This document shows positions 31,002-40,604 of a stretch of 64,000 nucleotides of DNA, in pieces. Position numbers and translations under genes: made by a program. Below the pieces are notes generated by a model. It did not search any database and had not been told where the DNA came from. It saw only the letters and a program-made list of their open reading frames with translations. The stretch is from an uncultured Gammaproteobacteria bacterium (lineage in GTDB: Bacteria; Pseudomonadota; Gammaproteobacteria; JBBQDK01): NCBI GenBank assembly GCA_963778665.1, contig CAVZVG010000005.1, positions 205,805 through 269,804 of the forward strand, written 5' to 3'. The number at the start of each line of letters is the position of its first letter. The first letter of the stretch is position 1.

Positions 31002-32605
31002 ATGGTGAGCAAACGCAGACCCCTGTTGCCGGACGAGCCCTTGCTGCACGCGCATCACAAGCGCCCCGTCACGCGCCGCGATTTTCTGGCGCAGGGCTTG
31101 CGGGCTGGCATCGGCATGGCTACTCGCGCCATCGATCTTCGGCCTGTTCGCCGATCCGCGCGCCGCGCAGGCCGCGCTGTCATCGGACCTGCAGGCCTTG
31201 AAGACATCCTGCGGTATCGCCGTGGCGGGCGCCGGCAAGATTCCGTTCATCTGTTTCGATCTGGCCGGCGGCGGCAACATCTCCGGCTCCAATGTACTGG
31301 TCGGCAAGCAAGGCGGTCAGCTGGATTTTCTCAGCACGGCCGGCTACAGCAAGCTGGGCCTGCCCGGCGACATGGTGCCGTCCATCGTCAATCCACTCAC
31401 CGCCAGCAATGATTTCATCGACAGCAGTCTGGGGCTCGCGTTTCATTCCGACAGTGCCTTTGCGCGCGGCATACTGGAACGCGTCTCGCCGGGCACGGCC
31501 GCGAACATCAACGGCGCGGTGCTGCCGGCGCGCTCCGACAACGACACCAGCAACAATCCCCACAACCCCATGTACGGCATCAACAAGGCCGGCGCCGACG
31601 GTGAACTGCTGACATTGATCGGTTCGCAGAACTCCGATTCGGGCGGCAACTCGATGGCACCGGCCGACATGATCAATCCCAAGGTACGGCCCACCAAGAT
31701 CGACCGGCCCAGCGATGTCACCGGCCTGGTCGATACCGGCAAGCTGGTCGGCTTGTTGAGCCAGCAGGATGCCGTCGCGGTCATGGAATCCATCGAGCGC
31801 ATCAGCGCCATGAAACTCGGCAAGGTCGATACCAAGATCAGCGACCGATGCGGTGGTGAAGGATCTGGTGCAATGCGGTTACGTGAAGTCCGCCGATCTG
31901 GTGGACCGTTACGGCGATCCCGACGACACTCAATCCTTCCATCGATGCCCGCATCGTCGGCAGCAGTGGCATCTTCACGCAGGCCGAGTTCGACGGCGAC
32001 AGCCGAATTCCGCAAAACCGCCTCGATCATGAAACTGGTGACCAATGGCTTCGCCGGCGCCGGCACCGTCAGCATGGGCGGCTTCGACTATCACACCGGC
32101 GACCGCTCCACCGGCGAACTGCGCGATCTTGCGCGCCGGTCGCTGCATCGGCGCCTGCCTGGAATACGCGGCACGCGTCGGCGTACCGCTGATGGTCTAT
32201 GTGTTCAGCGACGGTTCACTGGCCAGCAACGGCATGGTCGATAACTCCGTCGATGGCCGCGGCAAGGGCGTGTGGACCGGCGACAACTCCGATACCGCCG
32301 CGTCGTTCTTTCTGGTGTACAACCCCACGGGCCGGCCGACATTGCTCGGCGGCACGTCGAGCGCCAGGCCATGCATCAGCAGATCGGCTGGTTCCGCAGC
32401 CGACGGTTCGGTGGAAACCGCCAGCAGCCCCGCGGCCAACAACGTCAACCTGCTCGCCGAAACCGTCGTACTGAATTACATGGCACTGCACGGCGAACAG
32501 GGCAACTTCGCCAGCCTGTTCCCCGGCAACGGTCTGGGCAGCCCTACTCTCCTGGACAGCCTTACCGCCTTTCAACCCATCGTCAACGGGACTATCGGAG
32601 CATGA
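31002..32605 (+). pseudogene. DUF1501-like (sulfatase-superfamily) Tat-secreted protein gene, broken by three or more frameshifts
   Basis: Twin-arginine signal MVSKRRPLLPDEPLLHAHHKRPVTRRDFLAQGLRAGIGMA with GAGGAAA RBS. DUF1501-like blocks (..IPFICFDLAGGGNISGSNVLVG.., ..MGGFDYHTGDRSTGEL..) are spread over three frames (ORFs 30981.., 31198.., 32045..). Confidence 0.5.
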
Positions 32606-32634
32606 GTATATTTTTAGGAATGGCACGACTGTTT

Positions 32635-32754
32635 TCTCCCTCTCCCTTGAGGGAGAGGGTTGGGGTGAGGGGGATAAATGGCGCCTGTATCGATTTTCGC
32701 GCCAGACTCCACACCCCCTCACCCTGGCCCTCTCCCCCGAAGGGGGCGAGGGGA
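32635..32754. repeat. Family B composite palindromic element (about 120 bp)
   Basis: CTCCCTCTCCC-TTGA-GGGAGAGGG, TTGGGGTGAGGGGG ... CCCCCTCACCC, CCCTCTCCCCC-GAAG-GGGGCGAGGG; nested inverted repeats. A spurious minus-strand ORF (32216..32722) runs through it. Confidence 0.55.
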
Positions 32755-32766
32755 TTTTCTTCTTTG

Positions 32767-33276
32767 ATGGCGTGGGCGATTGTCAGTCTGCTGCTTCTGT
32801 TACCCGTGTCCGTGTCTGCCGCCGACACACCCGCCGCCATCGACGAACAAGTGCAATCCCTGAAATCGGAAGTGCTGAACCTGAACCGCGATCTGTTCGT
32901 GCTGGAGGAGGAACTGCTGTATCCGTCCAGCACCCAGGTGGCGGTATTCCTGTCGCTGGATGTCGGCACCTTCTTCAAGTTCGATTCGGCGCAAGTCAAG
33001 ATCGACGACAAGATCGTCGCCAACTATCTGTACACCGCGCGTGAACTGGAGGCCTTGCGCCGTGGCGGCGTGCATCGCATCTACATGGGCAACCTGAGCA
33101 GCGGCAAACATGAGCTGGTGGCCTTGTTCACCGGTCAGGGGCCCAATCAGCGCGATTACCGGCGCGGCGCCACACTCAACTTCGACAAGAGCGTCGGTCC
33201 GAAATACATCGAACTGAAGATCGTCGACAAGGAAGGCAAGCAGCAGCCGGATTTCCAGATCAGGGAATGGGAATAG
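32767..33276 (+). CDS. Secreted coiled-coil hypothetical protein; possibly DUF3450-like TonB-system accessory
   Basis: Signal peptide MAWAIVSLLLLLPVSVSA; heptad-like IDEQVQSLKSEVLNLNRDLFVLEEELL. Its stop overlaps the next gene's ATG. Confidence 0.5.
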   Translation: MAWAIVSLLLLLPVSVSAADTPAAIDEQVQSLKSEVLNLNRDLFVLEEELLYPSSTQVAVFLSLDVGTFFKFDSAQVKIDDKIVANYLYTARELEALRRGGVHRIYMGNLSSGKHELVALFTGQGPNQRDYRRGATLNFDKSVGPKYIELKIVDKEGKQQPDFQIREWE

Positions 33277-35150
33277 TGCGGCGGAAATTTCGACTCCGCG
33301 CCGACTGTCTGCTGTACCTCGCACTGACGCTACTCGGCGGGACGGCTGCAGCAGCGGACCAGGCCCCGCCCCGTCAGGTCCTCGACCTGCACTACGGCGA
33401 GGTGCTGTTCTATTTCTATCAGGGCGATTATTTCGACGCGATCACCCGTGCCTTGAGCGCACAGCAACAACGGCAAGTCCCGCACCACCAGCAGGACACG
33501 GCCCTGCTGACCGGTGGCATGGAACTGTCTTACGGCATGGATCGCGCGGCACAAAAGGCATTCGACGACCTGCTCGATGCCAAGGTCGCCGAGCCGGTGC
33601 GCAACCGCGCCTGGTTCTATCTCGCCAAGCTGAGTTACCAGCGCGACAATCTTGCCCAGGCGCAGCAAGCCTTGGCACACATCGATGGCGCACTGCCCGA
33701 ATCGATTGCACCGCAACAATCCTTGCTGCGCGCCCAGGTACTGATGGCGCAGGGACACTATGATCAGGCCGCCGCCTTGCTGGATGGCTGGAAGGGGCCG
33801 ACCGACTGGCAGGCCTATGCACGCTTCAATCTCGGCGTGGCCCTGCTGCGCAGCGGCAAAGCCGCGCAGGGTGAGCGACAGCTCGATACAGTCGGTCAAC
33901 TGAGCAGCGACAGCGAAGAACTGCTGGCCTTGCGCGACAAGGCCAACCTGGCGCTGGGTTATACCTTGTTGCAACAAAAAGACGCCGCGCGCGCCCGGCA
34001 ATACCTGGAACGCGTGCGCTTGCAGGGCCCGTTTTCCAATCAGGCCCTGCTGGCCTTCGGCTGGGCGGCGTCCGCACAAGGCCAGCAGCAACAGGCGCTG
34101 GTGCCCTGGCAGGAATTGAGCGGGCGCACCGTCATCGACAGCGCGGTGCAGGAGGGACTGCTCGCGGTGCCCTATGCCTACGCGCAATTGCAGGCCTACC
34201 CTGCCGCGGCGCAGCACTATCAGCAGGCCATCAGTGCTTATGAAAACGAGATGCGCAATCTCGATGCCGCGATCGCCACGATCCGGCAGGGTAAACTGCT
34301 CGACACCATGCTCGGCACCGCACAGGACACTGCCGACATGGGTTGGTCATGGCGCGCCGCGCCGCCACCGCAGACGACGGAGACACAGTATCTCTGGCAA
34401 CTGCTGGCCGGTCATGAATTTCAGGCGGCCCTGAAAAACTACCGCGATCTGCGGTTTCTGCAACACAATCTGACGCACTGGTCGACCAGCATCGATGCCT
34501 ATCAGGATATGCTGAACGGCCGCGAAGCGCGCTATCGGCAACAACTGCCGCAGGTCCGCGCACGCATGCAGTCACTGGACCTGAATGCTCTGATCACGCA
34601 ACGCGACGCGCTGGCTGCACGCCTGGCAGACAGCGAACGCGACCGCAATACCCTGGCACTCGCAACCCGGCAGGAACTCGACTGGCAGGCGCGGATGACG
34701 CGCATCGCGCAACGCCTCGATCGCCTGGACAACACGCCGGAAACCGCCGCATTGCGCGAGCGTCTGCGGATCTTGCAAGGTGTGCGGATCTGGCGCCAGA
34801 ACGCCGATTACAGCGCACGTCTCTGGCAGGCGCGTCAATCACTGCGCAGTCTCGACGCCGCCATCGCCACATTGCGGCAACGCTGGGCCTCACTGCAAAC
34901 CGCGCAACAGCAGGCCCCGCACGGCTTCGAGGGGTACGCGCAACGCATCACCGCGCTGCGTGCGCGCATCGCCGCATTACAACCGCGCATCGCCGCCGCC
35001 AGCGCCGCGCAGTCCCGGCAATTGCAGACACTGGCAATAACGGCACTGGAAGGCCATAAGAAACATCTGGCGGAATATCGTGTGCAGGCCCAACTGGCAC
35101 TGGCACAGATCTATGATCGCGCCAGCAGCGCACCCGGAGCGACACCATGA
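33267..35150 (+). CDS. Secreted TPR-repeat protein
   Basis: 627 aa, signal peptide, multiple TPR-like Ala/Leu/Gln-rich helical repeats. Overlaps both neighbours, so translationally coupled. Confidence 0.6.
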   Translation: MGIVRRKFRLRADCLLYLALTLLGGTAAAADQAPPRQVLDLHYGEVLFYFYQGDYFDAITRALSAQQQRQVPHHQQDTALLTGGMELSYGMDRAAQKAFDDLLDAKVAEPVRNRAWFYLAKLSYQRDNLAQAQQALAHIDGALPESIAPQQSLLRAQVLMAQGHYDQAAALLDGWKGPTDWQAYARFNLGVALLRSGKAAQGERQLDTVGQLSSDSEELLALRDKANLALGYTLLQQKDAARARQYLERVRLQGPFSNQALLAFGWAASAQGQQQQALVPWQELSGRTVIDSAVQEGLLAVPYAYAQLQAYPAAAQHYQQAISAYENEMRNLDAAIATIRQGKLLDTMLGTAQDTADMGWSWRAAPPPQTTETQYLWQLLAGHEFQAALKNYRDLRFLQHNLTHWSTSIDAYQDMLNGREARYRQQLPQVRARMQSLDLNALITQRDALAARLADSERDRNTLALATRQELDWQARMTRIAQRLDRLDNTPETAALRERLRILQGVRIWRQNADYSARLWQARQSLRSLDAAIATLRQRWASLQTAQQQAPHGFEGYAQRITALRARIAALQPRIAAASAAQSRQLQTLAITALEGHKKHLAEYRVQAQLALAQIYDRASSAPGATP

Positions 35151-37943
35151 AGCACCATGCCGGCCTATGGGCCTGTCTGATGCTGCCCTTGGCGGCCTGC
35201 TCGGTGCTGGACAAACCCGATGCGCCGACGCTCAGGTCCCTGGAATCGCGTCACATCGATGTGACCCGTGACACCACACTGTCCGCGACACGCGGACAGG
35301 CTCAGCAGGCGTATCAGGCGTTCCTCAAGGCGGCGCCGGACAGCGCGCAGCGTGGTGAGGCCTTGCGGCGGCTGGCGGACATCACACTCGAAGACGGTAG
35401 CACCCCGGATGCACAACCGGCCGTGGCGAACGCCTCCGGCACAAGCGCGGATGCCGACCACGCCGTGACGGCGATTCATTTGTACGAACAGGTGCTGGCC
35501 GTCAAACCGGATGCCCCGGACAATGACCGTGTGCTGTATCAGCTGGCGCGCGCCTATGAACAGAGCGGTCGTCTGCCCGATACGCTGCGCACACTGGAGC
35601 GCCTGGTGGCGGACTACCCGGCTTCCTCCTATCGTGCCGAGGCGCAGTTCCGGCGCGGCGAGATTCTGTTCGTGCAGAAACAGTATGCGGCGGCGCAACA
35701 AGCCTATCAGGCCGTGCTCGATGCCGGCGCGGGGCCATTCTATTCCCGCGCACTGTACAAACGCGGCTGGGCCTGTTTCAAACTGTCCGACAATGACGGT
35801 GCGCTCGATTCCTTTCTGGCCTTTCTCGATCACACGCTGGGGAAAGGTCAGGCACCCGCCGCGCTGTCGCGCGGCGAACAGGAATTGCTGGAAGATACGC
35901 TGCGCGCGGTGAGCCTGACACTGTCTTACGAGGAACGTCCGCAGGCTATCGCCGAACTGTTCGCCCGCAAGGGCACGCGGCCTTATGAATACCTGGTATA
36001 CCAGCACCTCGGCGATCTCTATCTCGGCAAGGAGCGTTACACCGATGCGGCGTCGATCTATCACGACTATGCCATCGGCCACGACAGCGATGCGCGCGCG
36101 CCGCAGTTTCAGATCCAGGCCATCGACGCCTATCGCAAGGGCAAGCTGAATGCACTGGTACTGGCCGGCAAACAGGAATATGTGCAGCATTACGCGCTGG
36201 ACGGCGCCTGGTGGCGAACCCGCAAACCCGAATCACAACCGGCGGCGCTGAATTATCTGCAGGAGAGTCTGGTGGATCTCGCCGCGTATTATCATGCGCA
36301 GGCGCAGAGCAAACATGACAATGCCGATTATCAGCAGGCGGCGCAGTGGTACCGCCAGTTCCTGAATGAGCTTCCCCAAGGATGCACGCGCGCCGCATTT
36401 GAATTTCCTGCTCGCGGAGTTGCTCAACGAGACACATCAATATCCGCAGGCGGTGCAGGAATATCTGCATACCGCCTATGACTACGGTGATCATCCGCAG
36501 GCCGCCGAGGCGGGCTACGCGGCACTGCTCGCCGCGCGCCAGTATCGCACGCAGTTGAATGGCGCGGCGCGCGCGCAATGGGATCGGGACAGCATCGACA
36601 TGGCACTGCGCTTCGCCGACCATTTCCCCAAACACCCGCAGGCGGCCGCCGTGCAGAGCAAGGCCGCCGAAGAACTGTACGCGGCGCATGACCTGTCGCG
36701 CGCCGCGACCACGGCGCAGGCCGTGCTGGCACGCACGCCGGCGGCGGATGCCGCACTGCGCCGCACCGCCTCGATCGTGCTCGGCCACGTGCAGTTCGAG
36801 CATGGCGCGTTCGCCGAGGCCGAGAGTGCCTATCGGAATGCCCTGGCATTGACGGCAGCGAGCGATCCGGAACGCGCCACCCTCACGGCACGACTCGCCG
36901 CCACGCTCTACAAGCAAGGCGCTCAACTGCGCAGCAGCGGCAAACCGGTCGAGGCGGCAGCCAAACTGCTGACCGTCGCGCAGATAGCACCCGGCAGCGC
37001 AACGGCTGCCAGCGCCGATTACGATGCCGCGGCCGCGCTGCTGGAAGCACACGACTGGAACGGTGCGGCACGGGTATTGGAACATTTCCGCAAAACCTAT
37101 CCGAAGCATCCCTTGCAAGGCGAAGTCACGCGCAAACTGGCGGCGGCATACAGCGCGTCCGGGCAAGCGGGGCGCGCGGCGATCGAACTGGAAACGGTGA
37201 GTCGCACCGCGCCGGATGCGCAATTGCAGCAACAGGCCCTCTGGGAGGCAGCACAGATGTACGAAAAGGCGCAACAACCCGAGCAGGCGGCCAGCGCTTA
37301 CCGCCAATACCTGCAACGCTTCCCGAAACCGCTGACCCAGCGGCTGGAAGCACACCGCTGGCTGGCGCAGCGCGCCGCGAAATCAGGCGATACGGTACAG
37401 CAACGGCATTGGCTGCAGGCATTGATCGATGCCGAGCGTGCCGGTGGCACGGAGCGCAGCGACACCACCGCACGCTACGCCGCCCTCGCCGCCCTGACCC
37501 TGGCACAGCCGGCGCAGGCCGAATACACGCATATCGCCCTGAAGGCGCCGCTGAGCAGGAACCTGAAACGCAAGAAGGACGCGATGCAGACGGCACTGAA
37601 GGCCTATGAAACCGCCGCGCAATACGGTGTCGCGGAAGTGACGACACAGGCGACCTATGCCATCGCCGAGCTGTATCGCGATTTCGGCCGCGCGCTCATG
37701 GAATCCGAGCGTCCCGCCAATCTGTCGGCGCTGGAGCGTGCGCAATACGACGCGCTGGTGGAAGAACAGGCCTTCCCGTTCGAGGAGAAGTCCATCGCCA
37801 TTCACGAAACCAATGTTAAACGTACGACCGAAGGTGTCTATGATCAATGGGTACAAAAGAGCTTCACACGGCTGGCCGAACTGGTACCGGCAAAATATGG
37901 CAGGCAGGAACACGGTGCGGAGGCGGTCGATGCATTACCGTAA
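35147..37943 (+). CDS. TPR-repeat lipoprotein (about 930 aa), interrupted by an apparent frameshift near 36375 in a CCCC run
   Basis: Lipobox MLPLAACS. The frame of 35147 ends in garbage after ..WYRQFLNEL; protein-like sequence resumes in the frame of 36366 (..KDARAPHLNFLLAELLNETHQYPQAVQEY..). Confidence 0.6.
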
Positions 37944-38523
37944 TCTGATCGGCGCGATGATCGCCGCGCTCTGGCTGGCCGGCTGCGCGACAACACCGGC
38001 GCCTCGACAGACGCCAAATACCGGTATGGCGCGTCCCGCCGACCCGCAATTCGATCAGGCGTTGGGACTGATGCACACCCGGCATTATTCCCAAGCCATC
38101 CCGCTGCTGGAAGCCGTATCAAGATCGCAGCCGGACCTGCAGCTGGTCGAATTGAACCTGGCCATCGCGCAGGCCCGCAGCGGTCACGACGCGCAGGCCG
38201 AACCCTTGTTGCGGCAGGTGCTGGCGCAGAATCCCGCCAATGCCGTGGCCTGGAATGAACTGGGCATGTTGCAACGACGCGCGGGACATTTCGATAAGGC
38301 ACGCCTGGCCTATGAGCAGGCGCTCTCCACGAACGCTTCCTATGCCGACGCGGAACTCAATCTGGCGATTCTCTATGACCTGTACCTGCAACAACCGGCA
38401 CAGGCCATACCGCACTACCGGCGCTATCAGTCGCTGGCCGCGACGCCCGACAAGCGCGTCACTTTGTGGATCGCGGAGCTGAGCAAGACGATGCCGGTGG
38501 CGAAGGGAGATAAGCAACCATGA
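37930..38523 (+). CDS. Small TPR-repeat lipoprotein
   Basis: MHYRNLIGAMIAALWLAGC lipobox; TPR-like repeats (..AVAWNELGMLQRRAGHFDKARLAYEQAL..). The ATG is embedded in the upstream gene's 3' end. Confidence 0.6.
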   Translation: MHYRNLIGAMIAALWLAGCATTPAPRQTPNTGMARPADPQFDQALGLMHTRHYSQAIPLLEAVSRSQPDLQLVELNLAIAQARSGHDAQAEPLLRQVLAQNPANAVAWNELGMLQRRAGHFDKARLAYEQALSTNASYADAELNLAILYDLYLQQPAQAIPHYRRYQSLAATPDKRVTLWIAELSKTMPVAKGDKQP

Positions 38524-38569
38524 ACAGAGCGATTCTCGGAGCAACCAACCTGAATCTTGCAAACCACTG

Positions 38570-38608
38570 TCACTCCCTCTCCCTCCGGGAGAGGGTTGGG
38601 GAGAGGGG
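38570..38608. repeat. Family B hairpin repeat (CCCTCTCCC-TCC-GGGAGAGGG plus TTGGGGAGAGGGG)
   Basis: Same core as 22755 and 32635. Lies between the TPR lipoprotein and the small secreted-protein gene. Confidence 0.5.
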
Positions 38609-38630
38609 ACTCTTTCTGTTAGGTGCTCTT

Positions 38631-38891
38631 GTGCGTTGTCTGTCGGTCGGTCTGTTGCTGTGCGGAAGTTCCGTGCATGCCGAACAGAATCTCGATCTGC
38701 AAGGCGCGACCATCACCGGCAATCGCGAATTGCCCAAGGTGTTGTACATCGTGCCGTGGAAGCAACCCGATCCGGCCGATCTCGGTGCCGGTGCCGGTCC
38801 GAACATGATGGATGAAGTGCTGGCGCCGGTGGATCGCGATGTGTTCAAGCGCCAACTGCAATATTACGACGCACTTCACAGTCGGCGGTAA
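38631..38891 (+). CDS. Small secreted hypothetical protein (about 86 aa)
   Basis: GTG start giving MRCLSVGLLLCGSSVHA signal peptide. The ORF-track extension to 38520 would read through repeat B. Precedes exbB. Confidence 0.4.
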   Translation: MRCLSVGLLLCGSSVHAEQNLDLQGATITGNRELPKVLYIVPWKQPDPADLGAGAGPNMMDEVLAPVDRDVFKRQLQYYDALHSRR

Positions 38892-38930
38892 TTCCCGCTG
38901 CTACTGTCTGCCTGACTACAAGGGGGGCTT

Positions 38931-39581
38931 ATGGAAACTTTCAATGTGATCGTGCGGTTCTTTCAGGCCGGCGGCGTGTTCATGTATCCGATCGTGGCCG
39001 TCATGACGCTGGGGGTGGCCATCACCATCGAACGCTTCATCTGCCTGGGCCGGGTGCGCAGCGCCAACCGCAAGGCCTGGAAAGACCTGCAGCCGGTCCT
39101 GGCGCGCGGCGATTACCGGCAGGCCACGGCGATGACCGCCGAGTCGGATGCCGTCATCAGCAAGGTGCTGAACTACGGACTCAGCCGCATCGGCAGCACC
39201 AACCGTCGCGACGATATCGAGATGGCGATGGAGGAAGGTCTCCTGGAAGTGGTGCCGACACTGGAGAAGCGCACGCACTATCTGGCGACCTTCGCCAATG
39301 TCGCCACACTGATGGGACTGCTGGGCACGATCGCGGGATTGATTCAGGCGTTCACGTCGGTGGCGAACGCCAGTGCGGCGGAGAAGGCCGACGCACTGTC
39401 GGCGGCGATCTCGGTGGCCATGAACTGCACCGCCTTCGGCTTGCTGGTGGCCATTCCGCTGGTGCTGATCTATTCCGTGTTGCAGAGCAAGACCACGGAA
39501 CTGGTCGACGGCCTGGAGATGGCCGTCGTCAAATCCGTGAACTCGCTCATGCAGCGTGACCCTGTCGAGACCGCCGCGTAA
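38931..39581 (+). CDS. exbB: MotA/TolQ/ExbB proton-channel protein
   Basis: 216 aa, three TM segments, ..TFANVATLMGLLGTIAGLIQAF.. family signature. Confidence 0.85.
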   Translation: METFNVIVRFFQAGGVFMYPIVAVMTLGVAITIERFICLGRVRSANRKAWKDLQPVLARGDYRQATAMTAESDAVISKVLNYGLSRIGSTNRRDDIEMAMEEGLLEVVPTLEKRTHYLATFANVATLMGLLGTIAGLIQAFTSVANASAAEKADALSAAISVAMNCTAFGLLVAIPLVLIYSVLQSKTTELVDGLEMAVVKSVNSLMQRDPVETAA

Positions 39582-40111
39582 TGGCCCGACACATGCTACG
39601 CCATCATAAACGGGCGCGGCACGAGACCGAACTGAACCTGGTGCCGTTGATCGATATCTTCACGGTGCTGGTGTTCTTCCTGCTGGTCACCGCGGTGTTC
39701 TCCCGCACCACGGTCCTGGGCCTGCATCTGCCGGAACGATCCAGTGCCGCGGCGCCGCCCGATCATCAGCCGCATATCGAAGTGGTGGTGCGGCGCGGCG
39801 GCCTCGAGGCGGGCGACCGTGGCAACGAATCGATGCAGACCCTCGCGAACCGCGATTCAGGTTACGACCTGCAGGGCTTGTCGGCATTGCTGCAACAGCT
39901 CAAGGCGCGCTACCCGCAGAACCGGGCGGTGACGGTCCTGGTCGAACCGGATATTTCCTACGATCAGTTGGTGCAGGTCATGGATGCGGTGCGGACGAGC
40001 CGCGCAGCGGCGACCGCCGACACGGCGGCGACAAGCATCGAGTTGTTTCCCGACATCTCGATAGGCGATGCACCGGTGATACCGGTGGTGGCGCTCGGGC
40101 AAGGGAGCTGA
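39581..40111 (+). CDS. exbD: ExbD/TolR biopolymer transport protein
   Basis: ..ELNLVPLIDIFTVLVFFLL.. N-terminal TM signature; 176 aa. Confidence 0.8.
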   Translation: MARHMLRHHKRARHETELNLVPLIDIFTVLVFFLLVTAVFSRTTVLGLHLPERSSAAAPPDHQPHIEVVVRRGGLEAGDRGNESMQTLANRDSGYDLQGLSALLQQLKARYPQNRAVTVLVEPDISYDQLVQVMDAVRTSRAAATADTAATSIELFPDISIGDAPVIPVVALGQGS

Positions 40112-40114
40112 GGC

Positions 40115-40603
40115 ATGAAGATCTCACGTCGCGCGCTGCGCATGCAGCGCCATCATCAACGCAACAAGCGCCGGGTCGATCTCAATCTCATTCCGCTGAT
40201 CGACGTGTTCACGGTGCTGGTATTTTTCCTGCTGGTCCACCCCAACGATGGCGCGATGCTGCCCACCGCGCAGAGATTGCATCTCCCGGAGTCGGTGGCC
40301 GAAGCCAACCCGCACCGCACCCTGGTGATCACCGTGACGGATCATGACATCCTGCTGCAAGGGAAAACCGTCGCACCGGTCGCCGGCGTGTTGAGCGATG
40401 CGGCGGAAAATATCTCGGCACTGCAGACAGCGCTTGAGAGCAGCGCCGAACCGCAGGCCGACGAGCCTGCCCCTGCCGCAACGGAAATCACCATCATGGC
40501 CGACCGGGCCATCCCGTACCGACTGCTGAAGAAGGTGATGCTGAGCTGCTCACAGGCGCATTTCCGGCAGATCTCCCTGGCGGTTACGCAGAAGGTCATC
40601 TAG
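40115..40603 (+). CDS. exbD: ExbD/TolR biopolymer transport protein, second paralogue
   Basis: ..VDLNLIPLIDVFTVLVFFLL..; 162 aa. Confidence 0.8.
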   Translation: MKISRRALRMQRHHQRNKRRVDLNLIPLIDVFTVLVFFLLVHPNDGAMLPTAQRLHLPESVAEANPHRTLVITVTDHDILLQGKTVAPVAGVLSDAAENISALQTALESSAEPQADEPAPAATEITIMADRAIPYRLLKKVMLSCSQAHFRQISLAVTQKVI

Positions 40604-40604
40604 C

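Noticed and set aside
32216-32722. 168-aa minus-strand ORF with a Pro/Ser-rich tail (..HLSPSPQPSPSREREKT..).
   Set aside because: It runs through the family B palindromic repeat, which generates the low-complexity codons, and lies antisense to the DUF1501-like gene fragments.
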